A DNA stretch of 64,000 bases from Candidatus Eiseniibacteriota bacterium (GTDB lineage Bacteria > Eisenbacteria > RBG-16-71-46). The notes below the pieces were generated by a model, which saw only the letters and a list, made by a program, of their open reading frames with translations, did no database searches and was not told where the DNA came from. Shown piece after piece: positions 10,946 to 19,675 of this stretch. Each line of letters begins with the position of its first letter. Positions within the stretch are counted from its first letter, which is position 1. A program made the position numbers and the translations under genes. The stretch spans positions 1,024,001 to 1,088,000 of the forward strand of contig OY970178.1 of NCBI GenBank assembly GCA_963707915.1. Direction: 5' to 3'.

Positions 10946-13933
10946 CTAGCGGATGACCACGAACTTGCCGCGCTGCGTGCCCTTGCTGGATTCGACGGTG
11001 AAGACATAGATCCCGCTGACAATGTCCTGTCCATTTCGTGAAATCAAGTTCCAGCTGGCCTGGCCGTCATTCGGATTGTCCTGCTGCCGGTTGTACCCCG
11101 GCACCGTCGACCCGTCCGCACCAGTGATCGGCGTGCGGATGGACTCGTTGACCGGGTCCTCCGATCGAAGGGTCTGCACCAGGTCACCCGAGACCGTGTA
11201 GACCTTGATGGTCCACTTCCCGCGCGGCAGCCCCAGGAAGTCGATGTGCGTGCCGGTGGGATCCGACCCCTTGGGCGTCAGGTCCCAGGACGAAGGCCGC
11301 TGCTCGATGGTCCGGTAGCCGCGGTAGGGGTTCGGCACGACGTAGGCGCTCATCCCGTCCCGCGCCCCGGCCTGCGGCACCACGCCATCGGCCTCGGCGG
11401 CCGACCGGCGGCCCTCCAGCTGGCTCATCTGCTGCCCGACGCCGGTCGAGTCGAAGGCCGTCACCGAGTAGAAGTAGACGAAGCCGTTCTTGACCTGGGT
11501 GTCCTCGTACTTGTAGCGCCCCACGGGGTAGCGCGTGCGGCTCTCGTAGTTCACCGGGTTGTCGCAGGGCAGCCCGTTGATGCACGCATGGAACACGTCG
11601 CACTGGCCCGGGCTGTCCTTCTTCGGCGAACAGGTGATCGGCTCCGCCCGGATGATCTGGCCGGTCTGCCGGTTCCACAGGTCGTCCAGCTGCAGGCAGA
11701 CCTCGACGGTGGCGGTGTCGATCCTGCCGTCCGGATAGGTGTAGCTGGGCACGAAGATGCGCGGGCAGGGGCTCGTGTCCGAATAGTTCCGCTGCTGCAG
11801 CACCCAGCCGGCGCTGGCGTTCTCGTAGTTGTAGATGTGGAACTGGCGGAACTCGCCCAGCAGCGCCCAATCGTCATCGCTCGGCCCCGCCGATCCCACC
11901 GGCCGCTGCCAGTCCGCCGCCTTCCACACCTTGTAGCCGCGGAAGTCGAACCGGTTCGTCTTGGGATCCGGCGTGACCTCGGAGAGGTTGTCCCAGGAGA
12001 GCGTCACGCGCTTGTCGCCCGCCGGGATGACGCGGTCCGGGCTGTCGGAGTAGTTGTACAGGGCCGACACGTTCATGTTCGGATTCGGCGGCGGGGCCTC
12101 GGCGTTCCAGGTGTGGTGGAACATGCCCCGCTGCGTCTGGCTGTTGTAGGCGCCGGTGCAGTAGTCGCAGTCCATGTCGCCCCAGTCCACGGGGTTCGGC
12201 CAGGGGAGCACCGGCGGGCGAGCATTGCCCTCGTCGCGGCAATCCATCACCTCGAGCGTCCCTTCGCCCGCGGCCGGGTGGACCGGCGTCTCGCGGCCAT
12301 GGCCGTTGGTGAGCAGGGGCCAGTCCCGCTGTTCGTAGACGCCCGCAGCCGCGACCTGGATGGTGAAACCGTTCTTGAGCGAAGGGTACTTGGTGACCAG
12401 GGCGCCCGAGCCGCCGTCGAACGTGCCCGCCTGCATGGCGGAGTAGTCGCTCTCGAAGCCATCGGCAAGAGCCTTGTTCCCGGGGGCCACGCTGAACGCG
12501 ACGGTGACCTGGATGCTGGCACCATCCTGAACGCTGAACCACGGCCCGCACGACCACCAGGCCTGGTAGTCGCCCTTCTCGTCGTTCGGGGTATCCAGCT
12601 TGATGCGGCCATCCTCACCGATGTTCCTGCCCGCCCTGCCCGACATGAATTCGTAGCGCTCCGCGTCGGTGCGCGGCCCGCCGCCACCCATGTAGGGCGT
12701 GCTGCCCGTGTAGGAGCGGAACGCGAGGAAGCCCACCTGGGGCGGTCCCGTCAACCCGGTCGGGTCGACCGTGTGGTCCACCAGGAAGAAGGTGGGGATT
12801 CCGGGCGTGCGGCCCAGGTCCCCATCGTCGTCGACCACCGAGAAACCATTGACGTGGATGTTGTAGTGGGTGCACAGAGCCGAGTCGTTCGAGGCGCCGG
12901 CCGGGATGTCGGGCAGCCTCATGCCCGGCTCCTGGAGTCGCTTGTCCGTGCCGTCCGTGGGCACCTGGTAGGGGAGCACGGCGCTCGGGTAGCCCGCCAG
13001 GTCGAGGTCGTCCTGCCAGTAACTGGAGGCCAGGGCGGGACCGCAGTCCATGTCCACCAGGCCGCCGACGACGAGGCTGTCCAGCGGGTGGCCGGAACGA
13101 TTGAAGATGGTGTACTGGACGATGTTGAAGTCGGTGAACTTCTCGATCGAGTAGGCCCAGGCCATCTGCTGGACCTCGAGGCCGAGGGGGACGTGCTTCT
13201 CGGCGGCCGAGGCGTTGATCGCCTGCGGCGTGTTGTCCCAGACCACGCAGGTGATGGTCTGCTGCCCGATGGCGCCGAAGTCCTCGTCGATCAGCCCGTC
13301 GAGATCGTTGTCGCGACCGTCCAGGAAGTCCTCGTCGGTGCGCGGGTCCCCCGACCGGAAGAACCGCTCGTCCCGCGTGTAGAAGTCCCCGTCGTCGTTG
13401 AAATACCGGGCACCGCCCAGGATCCCGTCGTAGGCCCGGTACATCTTGTCCACCGGATCGAGGGTCTGGGGCCGCCACTCGGTCAGCGAGCTCACGCGCC
13501 GGATCGCGTTCGGATCCGAGGCCTGCGGGTTCACGGCACCCACCGCCAGGCCGGCCAGGTTCAGGTACTCGATGCCCGAAGCGCCCGGCCACTGTCCGGA
13601 CGGGTCGCTGGAGACGTTCGTCCACGGGTTGCCGAAGATCCCGAAGTTGGTGACCTTCATGTAGACGTTGCCCACCGTGAGCACCGCCCCCGGACCGAAG
13701 ATGTCCGGGATGTCCGTCGGGCTCGCGTTTCCCGATCCCCCGACCGGGAAGTACTCCGGGAAGGCCGCCTTGAACTCGGCCTCCGTCATCCCGTCCGGAG
13801 TCCCGTCGATCGTGCCCTTGCGGAAGAAGCCGGAACCCTGCTCGTCCTGCGCGACCGCGGCGGTCGCGGCGAGCAGGAGCAGCAGCACGCCCACCGCCAC
13901 GCGCAGCCGGCCACGCCAAGCGTTCGTTCTCAT
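10946..13933 (-). CDS. Large secreted protein (~995 aa) with Asp-rich Ca/metal-binding motif, FN3-like segment and T9SS-like C-terminal domain
   Basis: Start ATG 13933 (GAGGGG upstream), signal MRTNAWRGRLRVAVGVLLLLLAATAAVAQ; DGRDNDLDGLIDED; AGDKRVTLSWD...FRGYKVWK; C-terminus YVVPNPY...IDFLGLP...IKVYTVSGDLVQTL...WNLISRNGQDIVSGIYVFTVES...KFVVIR. Confidence 0.8.
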   Translation of the reverse strand: MRTNAWRGRLRVAVGVLLLLLAATAAVAQDEQGSGFFRKGTIDGTPDGMTEAEFKAAFPEYFPVGGSGNASPTDIPDIFGPGAVLTVGNVYMKVTNFGIFGNPWTNVSSDPSGQWPGASGIEYLNLAGLAVGAVNPQASDPNAIRRVSSLTEWRPQTLDPVDKMYRAYDGILGGARYFNDDGDFYTRDERFFRSGDPRTDEDFLDGRDNDLDGLIDEDFGAIGQQTITCVVWDNTPQAINASAAEKHVPLGLEVQQMAWAYSIEKFTDFNIVQYTIFNRSGHPLDSLVVGGLVDMDCGPALASSYWQDDLDLAGYPSAVLPYQVPTDGTDKRLQEPGMRLPDIPAGASNDSALCTHYNIHVNGFSVVDDDGDLGRTPGIPTFFLVDHTVDPTGLTGPPQVGFLAFRSYTGSTPYMGGGGPRTDAERYEFMSGRAGRNIGEDGRIKLDTPNDEKGDYQAWWSCGPWFSVQDGASIQVTVAFSVAPGNKALADGFESDYSAMQAGTFDGGSGALVTKYPSLKNGFTIQVAAAGVYEQRDWPLLTNGHGRETPVHPAAGEGTLEVMDCRDEGNARPPVLPWPNPVDWGDMDCDYCTGAYNSQTQRGMFHHTWNAEAPPPNPNMNVSALYNYSDSPDRVIPAGDKRVTLSWDNLSEVTPDPKTNRFDFRGYKVWKAADWQRPVGSAGPSDDDWALLGEFRQFHIYNYENASAGWVLQQRNYSDTSPCPRIFVPSYTYPDGRIDTATVEVCLQLDDLWNRQTGQIIRAEPITCSPKKDSPGQCDVFHACINGLPCDNPVNYESRTRYPVGRYKYEDTQVKNGFVYFYSVTAFDSTGVGQQMSQLEGRRSAAEADGVVPQAGARDGMSAYVVPNPYRGYRTIEQRPSSWDLTPKGSDPTGTHIDFLGLPRGKWTIKVYTVSGDLVQTLRSEDPVNESIRTPITGADGSTVPGYNRQQDNPNDGQASWNLISRNGQDIVSGIYVFTVESSKGTQRGKFVVIR

Positions 13934-13965
13934 GTCCCCTCGCTGCCCGATTGGCTGTTCCATGG

Positions 13966-16863
13966 CTAGAACGTGATGCTCAAGCCGAGCCGCACGTTCC
14001 GGCCTTCTTCGTAGACACGCGGATCCCGGACCGGCACCCAGTCCAACTGGTAGTCGCCGTTGATGTCCTGCAGATAGGCGCCGCCGGACCGTCCGGTCTC
14101 CGTGAAATAGATCAGGTAGTCGTCGCCCGCGGAGTCCACGTACGGGTTCACGAGGTTGAATCCGCCGACCTGCTGGATGTTCTTCGAGTCCAGCACGTTC
14201 CTGACGTCGAAGAACAACGTCAGGTTCTGTCCCCACACCTTGTAGTACTTGTCACCGTCGATCGTGAGCCGCGCGACCGAGGGCAGTCGCCGCGAGTTGT
14301 CCAGCGCCGGATCCGGACGGCGGTCGTTGCGGAAGGACGGCGTGAACGGGAAGCCCGATCCGTACAGCCACAGCATCCGGAAGCCCCACTTGCCCGGGTC
14401 ACGCACCACCGTCTGCACGGAGAGCGTGTGGCGCTGGTCCCAGTCCAGCGGCTGCTCGGAGATGGGCAGGTAGAGCTGGCCGCCGTTGAAGAACTGCAGC
14501 GCGGTGTTCGGGTCCGACGCCACCCCGGTCGCGAGCTGGAAGGTGTAGTTCACCTCGGCCGAGAACTTGTGGCTGAAGCTCTTGATGATGCTGGTCTCGA
14601 AGCCCCGCGAGCTGGCGTAGTCGCCGTTGAAGTACACGTTGACCAGGTTGCCGAACTCGTCGCGCTCCTGCCGCACGGTGATCAGCCCGTAGATGTCCTT
14701 GAAGAACACCGAGAACTGCCCCGAGATGTCCCGCGAGAAGAGGTGCTGCACGCCCGCCTGGTAGGAGATGTTGGTCTCGGGCTCCAGGTCCGGGTTCCCA
14801 CGCACGCCCACGCTGGCCTGCATGCCGCGGTTCTCGAAGATGTACTGGCGTGCCGGGGTCTGGAAGGTCCACCCGTAGTGGAACGAGAGCACGTCCTTGT
14901 CCGAGACCGGGTAGGCGATGCCCAGCCGCGGGCTGAACTGCTGCTTGTAGCGCTTGCCGCTCCTCAGGTCCTTGTTGGCGACCTGCAGGCCAGGCGAGAA
15001 CACGTCGAACCGCAGGCCCGCGTTGACCACGAGCCCCTCGAACTCCCAGCGGTCCTGCATGAACGCGGCGCCTTCGGGGTTGTAGTTGACGAACTCGGAG
15101 CGGGACCCTCCGGGGAGCCCGTTGGCCTCCGAGTTGGGCTGCGTCAGGGCCAGGTTCGACACCTCGTTGTACTTGAGCTCGACGCCGGCCTTGACGGTGT
15201 GCTGCTTGAAGTTCCGGGTCGAGTAGTCGCTCTTCATGTTCCAGGTGGACTGGCTGCGCTTGGAATAGAAGGGACGGTCGCCGTGCGTGGCGAAGTACGG
15301 GTTGTTCTCCGTCCCGGTCTGGACGTTGCCGCTCCAGTACTGGGGGCTCTGGGTCCAGTACTCCCACGGCTGCTTGTTCCCGACCGAACTGAGCACGTTG
15401 AAGTTCAGGTTGGCCACGCGGATCGACCACACCGCCTTGTCCGAGATCTGGTCCGTCCAGACGAATGTCTGCTGGTTGAACCGGTCGTCCGTGGTCGACA
15501 CGTGGTCGGGCATGTTGACGAGCTGGTACGTGGAGTCCTTCTGCGTGGCGCTCCACGCACCGTAGATCGGCAGGTGGTACGTGGCGGCCCGGCCGGCGGC
15601 CGTCGTGTCGTAGGTGACCTTCACGAAGCCCTGGCGGCTCCACATGTGGTCATAGGGGGTGTTCACCGTGCGGTTGTTGATGGTCTCGAACGTCAGCTTG
15701 TTCCGGGGATTCACCCGGTAGGCGAGCTTGAAGTTCGTGTTGACCTGGTTGAACTGCCGGTTGCCCAGCTGGATGAAGTCGAGCAGCGTGTTGTGGGGGC
15801 GGGTCATGCTGCTCTTCAGGTACGTGTCCGAGTAGCTGCCCTCGTAGGTCGCGAAGTAGGTCAGGTTCTTGATCGGGGTCGGACCGCCGAATCCGAAGGT
15901 GAACCGGTCGAAGTTGTTGAACGTCTTGGTCGGGTCGCCGAAACGGTCGGTATCCCAGCGCACCTCGCCGCCGAAGCGCTCGGTGCCTTCCTTCGTGCTG
16001 ACGACCACGACGCCCGAGAGCGCGTTTCCGAACTCCGCATCGAAACCGCCCGAGAGCACGTCCGTGCCGGCCACCGCCAGCGAGGCGATGTTGGCGCCCC
16101 GGCCGAAGAGCGGGTCCGACGCCTCGACGCCGTCGAACTGGAACTTCACCTCGCCACCGCGCCCGCCACGGAAGTGGAGCTCCCCGCCGAACGCCACGAT
16201 GCCGGCCTTCACCGCCACCGCCTCGCGCAGGTTGTCCACCGGGATCTCCTTGAGCTTGTCCGCGGTGATGGTCTGCTTGGTGGTCGAGGACTTCGTGTCG
16301 ATGCGCTTCTGCGCGCTGATCTCGATGGTCTCGAGTTCCTTGACGATCTTCTGTTCGCCGAACGTGAAGTTCAGCGTGGCCGTGGCCCCGGCACTCACCA
16401 CCACCGTCTGCTTCTGCGCGTCGTAACCGGAGGAGAAGGCGCGGACCTCGGTCGGGCCCGCCGGAACGCCGACGATGACGAAATTGCCGTTGTCGTCGGC
16501 CTGGGTGCCCTGCCGGGTCGCAGGGATGGTCACGTTGGCGAAGGGGATCGGCTCCCCGCGGGCGGTCACCCGGCCCTGGATCTTGCCGAACGCCGATGCT
16601 GCCGGCGCGGCCGCCTTCGGGGCGGCCACCGCGGGCCGGGGGGCACTCGGCTGGGCCGGCGCCGCCTTGGGGGCCGTGGGCCGGGGTGCGGTCTTCGGGG
16701 CAACCTTGGCCGGCGTCGTGGTCCGGGGAGCGGCCTTCGGGGCCGTCCGGGGAGACGCCGGCTTGGCCTGCTGAGCTAGTGCGGGGACAGCCAGCGCAAG
16801 GACCAGCACAAGCGCCACGCCCGCTCGGATCAAACGCCTGCCGTCAGAGAACATGCGACTCAA
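13966..16863 (-). CDS. TonB-dependent receptor with N-terminal Pro/Ala/Lys-rich extension and carboxypeptidase-regulatory-like domain
   Basis: Signal peptide; GKIQGRVT..GEPIPFANVTI; TonB-box-like LETIEISA; plug LHFRGGRGGEVKFQFDG, SGGFDAEFGNALSGVV; FSPRLGIAYP, GNPDLEPE; C-terminal RNVRLGLSITF. Start TTG 16863 or ATG 16854. Confidence 0.92.
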   Translation of the reverse strand: MSRMFSDGRRLIRAGVALVLVLALAVPALAQQAKPASPRTAPKAAPRTTTPAKVAPKTAPRPTAPKAAPAQPSAPRPAVAAPKAAAPAASAFGKIQGRVTARGEPIPFANVTIPATRQGTQADDNGNFVIVGVPAGPTEVRAFSSGYDAQKQTVVVSAGATATLNFTFGEQKIVKELETIEISAQKRIDTKSSTTKQTITADKLKEIPVDNLREAVAVKAGIVAFGGELHFRGGRGGEVKFQFDGVEASDPLFGRGANIASLAVAGTDVLSGGFDAEFGNALSGVVVVSTKEGTERFGGEVRWDTDRFGDPTKTFNNFDRFTFGFGGPTPIKNLTYFATYEGSYSDTYLKSSMTRPHNTLLDFIQLGNRQFNQVNTNFKLAYRVNPRNKLTFETINNRTVNTPYDHMWSRQGFVKVTYDTTAAGRAATYHLPIYGAWSATQKDSTYQLVNMPDHVSTTDDRFNQQTFVWTDQISDKAVWSIRVANLNFNVLSSVGNKQPWEYWTQSPQYWSGNVQTGTENNPYFATHGDRPFYSKRSQSTWNMKSDYSTRNFKQHTVKAGVELKYNEVSNLALTQPNSEANGLPGGSRSEFVNYNPEGAAFMQDRWEFEGLVVNAGLRFDVFSPGLQVANKDLRSGKRYKQQFSPRLGIAYPVSDKDVLSFHYGWTFQTPARQYIFENRGMQASVGVRGNPDLEPETNISYQAGVQHLFSRDISGQFSVFFKDIYGLITVRQERDEFGNLVNVYFNGDYASSRGFETSIIKSFSHKFSAEVNYTFQLATGVASDPNTALQFFNGGQLYLPISEQPLDWDQRHTLSVQTVVRDPGKWGFRMLWLYGSGFPFTPSFRNDRRPDPALDNSRRLPSVARLTIDGDKYYKVWGQNLTLFFDVRNVLDSKNIQQVGGFNLVNPYVDSAGDDYLIYFTETGRSGGAYLQDINGDYQLDWVPVRDPRVYEEGRNVRLGLSITF

Positions 16864-16916
16864 CCTCTCGGGTGCGATGCAACGCGTTCACGGAAACCTG
16901 ACCAGAGGAACGGTAG

Positions 16917-16945
16917 ACCATGCCAAGCCAAGGACAAGCTGTCAA
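16917..16945 (-). promoter_or_regulatory. Proximal sigma70-type promoter of the TBDR operon
   Basis: TTGACA-17 nt-CATGGT on the minus strand. Confidence 0.5.
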
Positions 16946-17141
16946 CGCGACCACGGCCGGAATCCCTTCCATCCGCCGGAAATCTGCGGAGATCCGCTGC
17001 CATCCGGCCGCGCGAGAAGCCAGTCACGAGCGGTCGGAAGTCACGGCCGGAGTCGGAAGTCGAGGAGGCGGTCCGATTCTGCTGGATAGGCACCTGAGGA
17101 GAAGCCGCCGGACGGCGGTGCCCTACGCCCAGTACGAGGTG

Positions 17142-17171
17142 ACTATCCCCCCGACGTGCTGCAATTGTCAA
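17142..17171 (-). promoter_or_regulatory. Distal sigma70-type promoter of the TBDR operon
   Basis: TTGACA-18 nt-GATAGT on the minus strand. Confidence 0.4.
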
Positions 17172-17224
17172 GAGGTCTTTCAGTCCTGCCACGGACCCGG
17201 CTCCCCCCCTGCCCCGCCGCGCGC

Positions 17225-18853
17225 TCAGAACGTCCACCTCACCACGCTGGCCAGTTGCTGGCGGCTCGAGCGGGGATCGGCCGGGGCGCCGAAGTCGGCC
17301 TGCCGCCATTCGATCGCGTAGCCGGCCTCGAAGGCCCAGGTCGCCCCGACGGGACGGATCCCCAGGCCGAGCGTCACGGCGTTGGCGAGATACTCGTTCT
17401 GCCGGGTGTAGTCGTCCTCGTCCTCCCACCGGTGCACGTAGCCGATGCGTCCGCTCAGGACCGGGTTGCAGCGGTACTCGAGCCCGGTCCGGACGTCCCA
17501 GCCCTTGCGCAGCGGCCCCTGCCCGCTCGCCGTCTGCTCCAACAGGCCCTGCGACCGGTGGTACTCGACGCCCCAAGATCCGCGCCCACCCGGCAGCCGC
17601 ACCAAGAGACCGCCGCCGGCCTCCCAGGTCCGCTCCTCCGACTGCGCGAAGGTCACGCTGTCCGGAAGCACGAGGGAGTCGGTGTTCGGGCGGTAGTAGA
17701 TGACGGTCCGGAAATGGTTGAACGAGGTGAGGTCGCCGGCGCTGGGGGGCATGATGGAGACCTTGCGGTAGCCGGTCGTCACACCCCCGCCCACCTGGAA
17801 CGGCCCCTGGGTCCAGCGCAGCCGCGTGCGCAAGGCCTGCCCGCGCTCATCGCGATCCTGCATCTTGCCGCCGCCCACGAGCGGGGGAGCCGACGTGCCG
17901 GCCGAGATGCTGAACGACCACGTCTCCTCGGACCTCGAGCGCCAGTCGCGGCCGTCCACGCCCCACTCCAGGTTGCCCGCCAGCCGTCCGACCATCGTGA
18001 CCTGGGTCGTGTAGTAGGGGCGCGCCTCGTCGTTCCGAGCGACGTGACGGGCCGACTCGTTCTTCCCGGTGATGTTGCTCTGGACGTAATCCGAGTTCAC
18101 CGCGGCCTTGAAGGCACGGCCGCGGTCGTACGCCACGCCCACCCCACCGCCCAGGGTGCGGACCCGGTAATCGTTCGGCGTGAAGAGGTCCGGCGGATCC
18201 ACCGGCGCCCCCGTCCGGTCGATGTACTGGCCCTGGGAGTTCTCCCACACCTCGCGGAACTCGTTCTTCCGCATCTCACCCGAGTAGAACAGCCGCATCG
18301 AGTAGAGCCAGTGGCTCGACTTGACGTAGGGGATGTGCCCCATCATCACGGGCATGGCCGTCGGCTGGGTGAAGGTGCTGCTCTGCTCGATGGTCTCCGA
18401 GAGGATCTGGTCCATGCGCATGGACCCGAAGTCGCCGGTGACGCCGAAGACCGACTGGCCGGGCGTCCGACGCCAGACCTCGTAGCCGATCCGGCTCTCC
18501 CGCGCCGCGCGCTCCTGCCGCTCGAGGGTCGCGTCGCCGGCGGCGAGGTCGTGCACCCGCGAGAAGGACGAGGTCGCCGGGTAGAACTCGGCCGTGTCGG
18601 TGCTGTCCGCATCGAGGACGCCCAGGGGGCTGCCCGCGAAGTCCCACAGCGTGATGGCCATGTGGGGGTCGTCCCCCACGAACGTCATCCCCCCCATGCC
18701 CAGCATGCGCGGGCTGCGTTCGATGGCGTCCAGGGAGAAGCCGAGCGCCCCGCGCGCCGCGTCGTAGAACTGGGCGTACACGGGCGCCGAGAAAGCCGTG
18801 AGGAGAAGAACAGAACTGATCGCGCTCAGCAGAACCCTGCGCCTGGGGCTCAT
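17225..18853 (-). CDS. Outer-membrane beta-barrel protein of unknown function
   Basis: Signal peptide ending VYA-Q; SPRMLGMGG resembles the N-terminal motif of FadL/PorV-like barrels; many amphipathic strands (WDVRTGLEY, VTLGLGIRP, FEAGYAIEW); C-terminal VVRWTF beta-signal. Confidence 0.72.
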   Translation of the reverse strand: MSPRRRVLLSAISSVLLLTAFSAPVYAQFYDAARGALGFSLDAIERSPRMLGMGGMTFVGDDPHMAITLWDFAGSPLGVLDADSTDTAEFYPATSSFSRVHDLAAGDATLERQERAARESRIGYEVWRRTPGQSVFGVTGDFGSMRMDQILSETIEQSSTFTQPTAMPVMMGHIPYVKSSHWLYSMRLFYSGEMRKNEFREVWENSQGQYIDRTGAPVDPPDLFTPNDYRVRTLGGGVGVAYDRGRAFKAAVNSDYVQSNITGKNESARHVARNDEARPYYTTQVTMVGRLAGNLEWGVDGRDWRSRSEETWSFSISAGTSAPPLVGGGKMQDRDERGQALRTRLRWTQGPFQVGGGVTTGYRKVSIMPPSAGDLTSFNHFRTVIYYRPNTDSLVLPDSVTFAQSEERTWEAGGGLLVRLPGGRGSWGVEYHRSQGLLEQTASGQGPLRKGWDVRTGLEYRCNPVLSGRIGYVHRWEDEDDYTRQNEYLANAVTLGLGIRPVGATWAFEAGYAIEWRQADFGAPADPRSSRQQLASVVRWTF

Positions 18854-18975
18854 GAAAGCTCCTTTCCGGCTGGTCCGGGTCAGAATGATCCATTCACCGT
18901 GCGGAGGAGGACTCTCTCCCGCCTGCCGGGGCGAAAGTGCGCGCGGTCAACGAGGTGCGCATGCACGGACGCCGG

Positions 18976-19004
18976 ATATTAGGAACTGGTCACGAACGTG
19001 TCAA
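18976..19004 (-). promoter_or_regulatory. Near-consensus sigma70 promoter for the beta-barrel gene
   Basis: TTGACA-17 nt-TAATAT; the -35 hexamer overlaps the mpg stop codon. Confidence 0.7.
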
Positions 19005-19675
19005 CCGCGCAATCGGGCTCCGGTCCGCGGTCCCCGCGGCCGCGCCTGCCGGCCCCCGGCCCCGCGCGACGCCGAGACGCACGGATGTCCCTCGAGGAAC
19101 CAGCGCCACTCGCGGTCCAGCGCCACGCGGATCCCGATGCGCGGCCCGCGCGCGATGCGGTGACCGCCCCGCCGCGGCGGCAGGTCCGAGATCCAGAGCG
19201 CCCGGCCCACCAGGTCGAGGCCGTCGTGCGCGCGCGAGAGCCCGAGGGCCCGGGCCAGGTTGCCCGGGCCCCGCGCCAGCCGGGCGGCGGGCAGGCTGCC
19301 GCGCCGCTCGCGCATGAGTTCCTCGCCGTCGACCGGCTCCAGCGCCCGCACCAGGACGGCCGAGGCCGTCCCCGCGGTGCCGGTCACCAGGTTCAGGCAG
19401 TGGTGCATGCCGTAGGCGAAGTAGACGTAGGCGTGCCCGGGCTCGCCGAACATGGCGGCGTTGCGCGGCGTGCGGCCGCGGTGCGCGTGGCTCGCGGGAT
19501 CGTCGACGCCGCGATAGGCCTCGGTTTCCACCACGATCCCGGAGACCCGCCCCTGCGGCGAGTCGTGCACCAGCAACCGGCCGAGCACGGCACGGGCGAC
19601 GACGGCCGGGTCGCGGGCGTAGAAGGCCCGCGGCAGCGGCCGGCCGCGGCCCGCCGCGGCGGCCGGCCGGCTCAA
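19001..19675 (-). CDS. mpg: DNA-3-methyladenine glycosylase (MPG/AAG family)
   Basis: LPRAFYARD, IVVETEAYRGVDDPASH, MFGEPGHAYVYFAYGMHHCLN, AVLVRALEP, GPGNLARALG, GPRIGI. Probable TTG start overlapping the pmm stop (TTGA). Confidence 0.92.
   Translation of the reverse strand: MSRPAAAAGRGRPLPRAFYARDPAVVARAVLGRLLVHDSPQGRVSGIVVETEAYRGVDDPASHAHRGRTPRNAAMFGEPGHAYVYFAYGMHHCLNLVTGTAGTASAVLVRALEPVDGEELMRERRGSLPAARLARGPGNLARALGLSRAHDGLDLVGRALWISDLPPRRGGHRIARGPRIGIRVALDREWRWFLEGHPCVSASRGAGGRQARPRGPRTGARLRG

Noticed and set aside
16864..17224. Cobalamin or TPP riboswitch ahead of the TBDR
   Set aside because: No B12-box or TPP core motif recognised.
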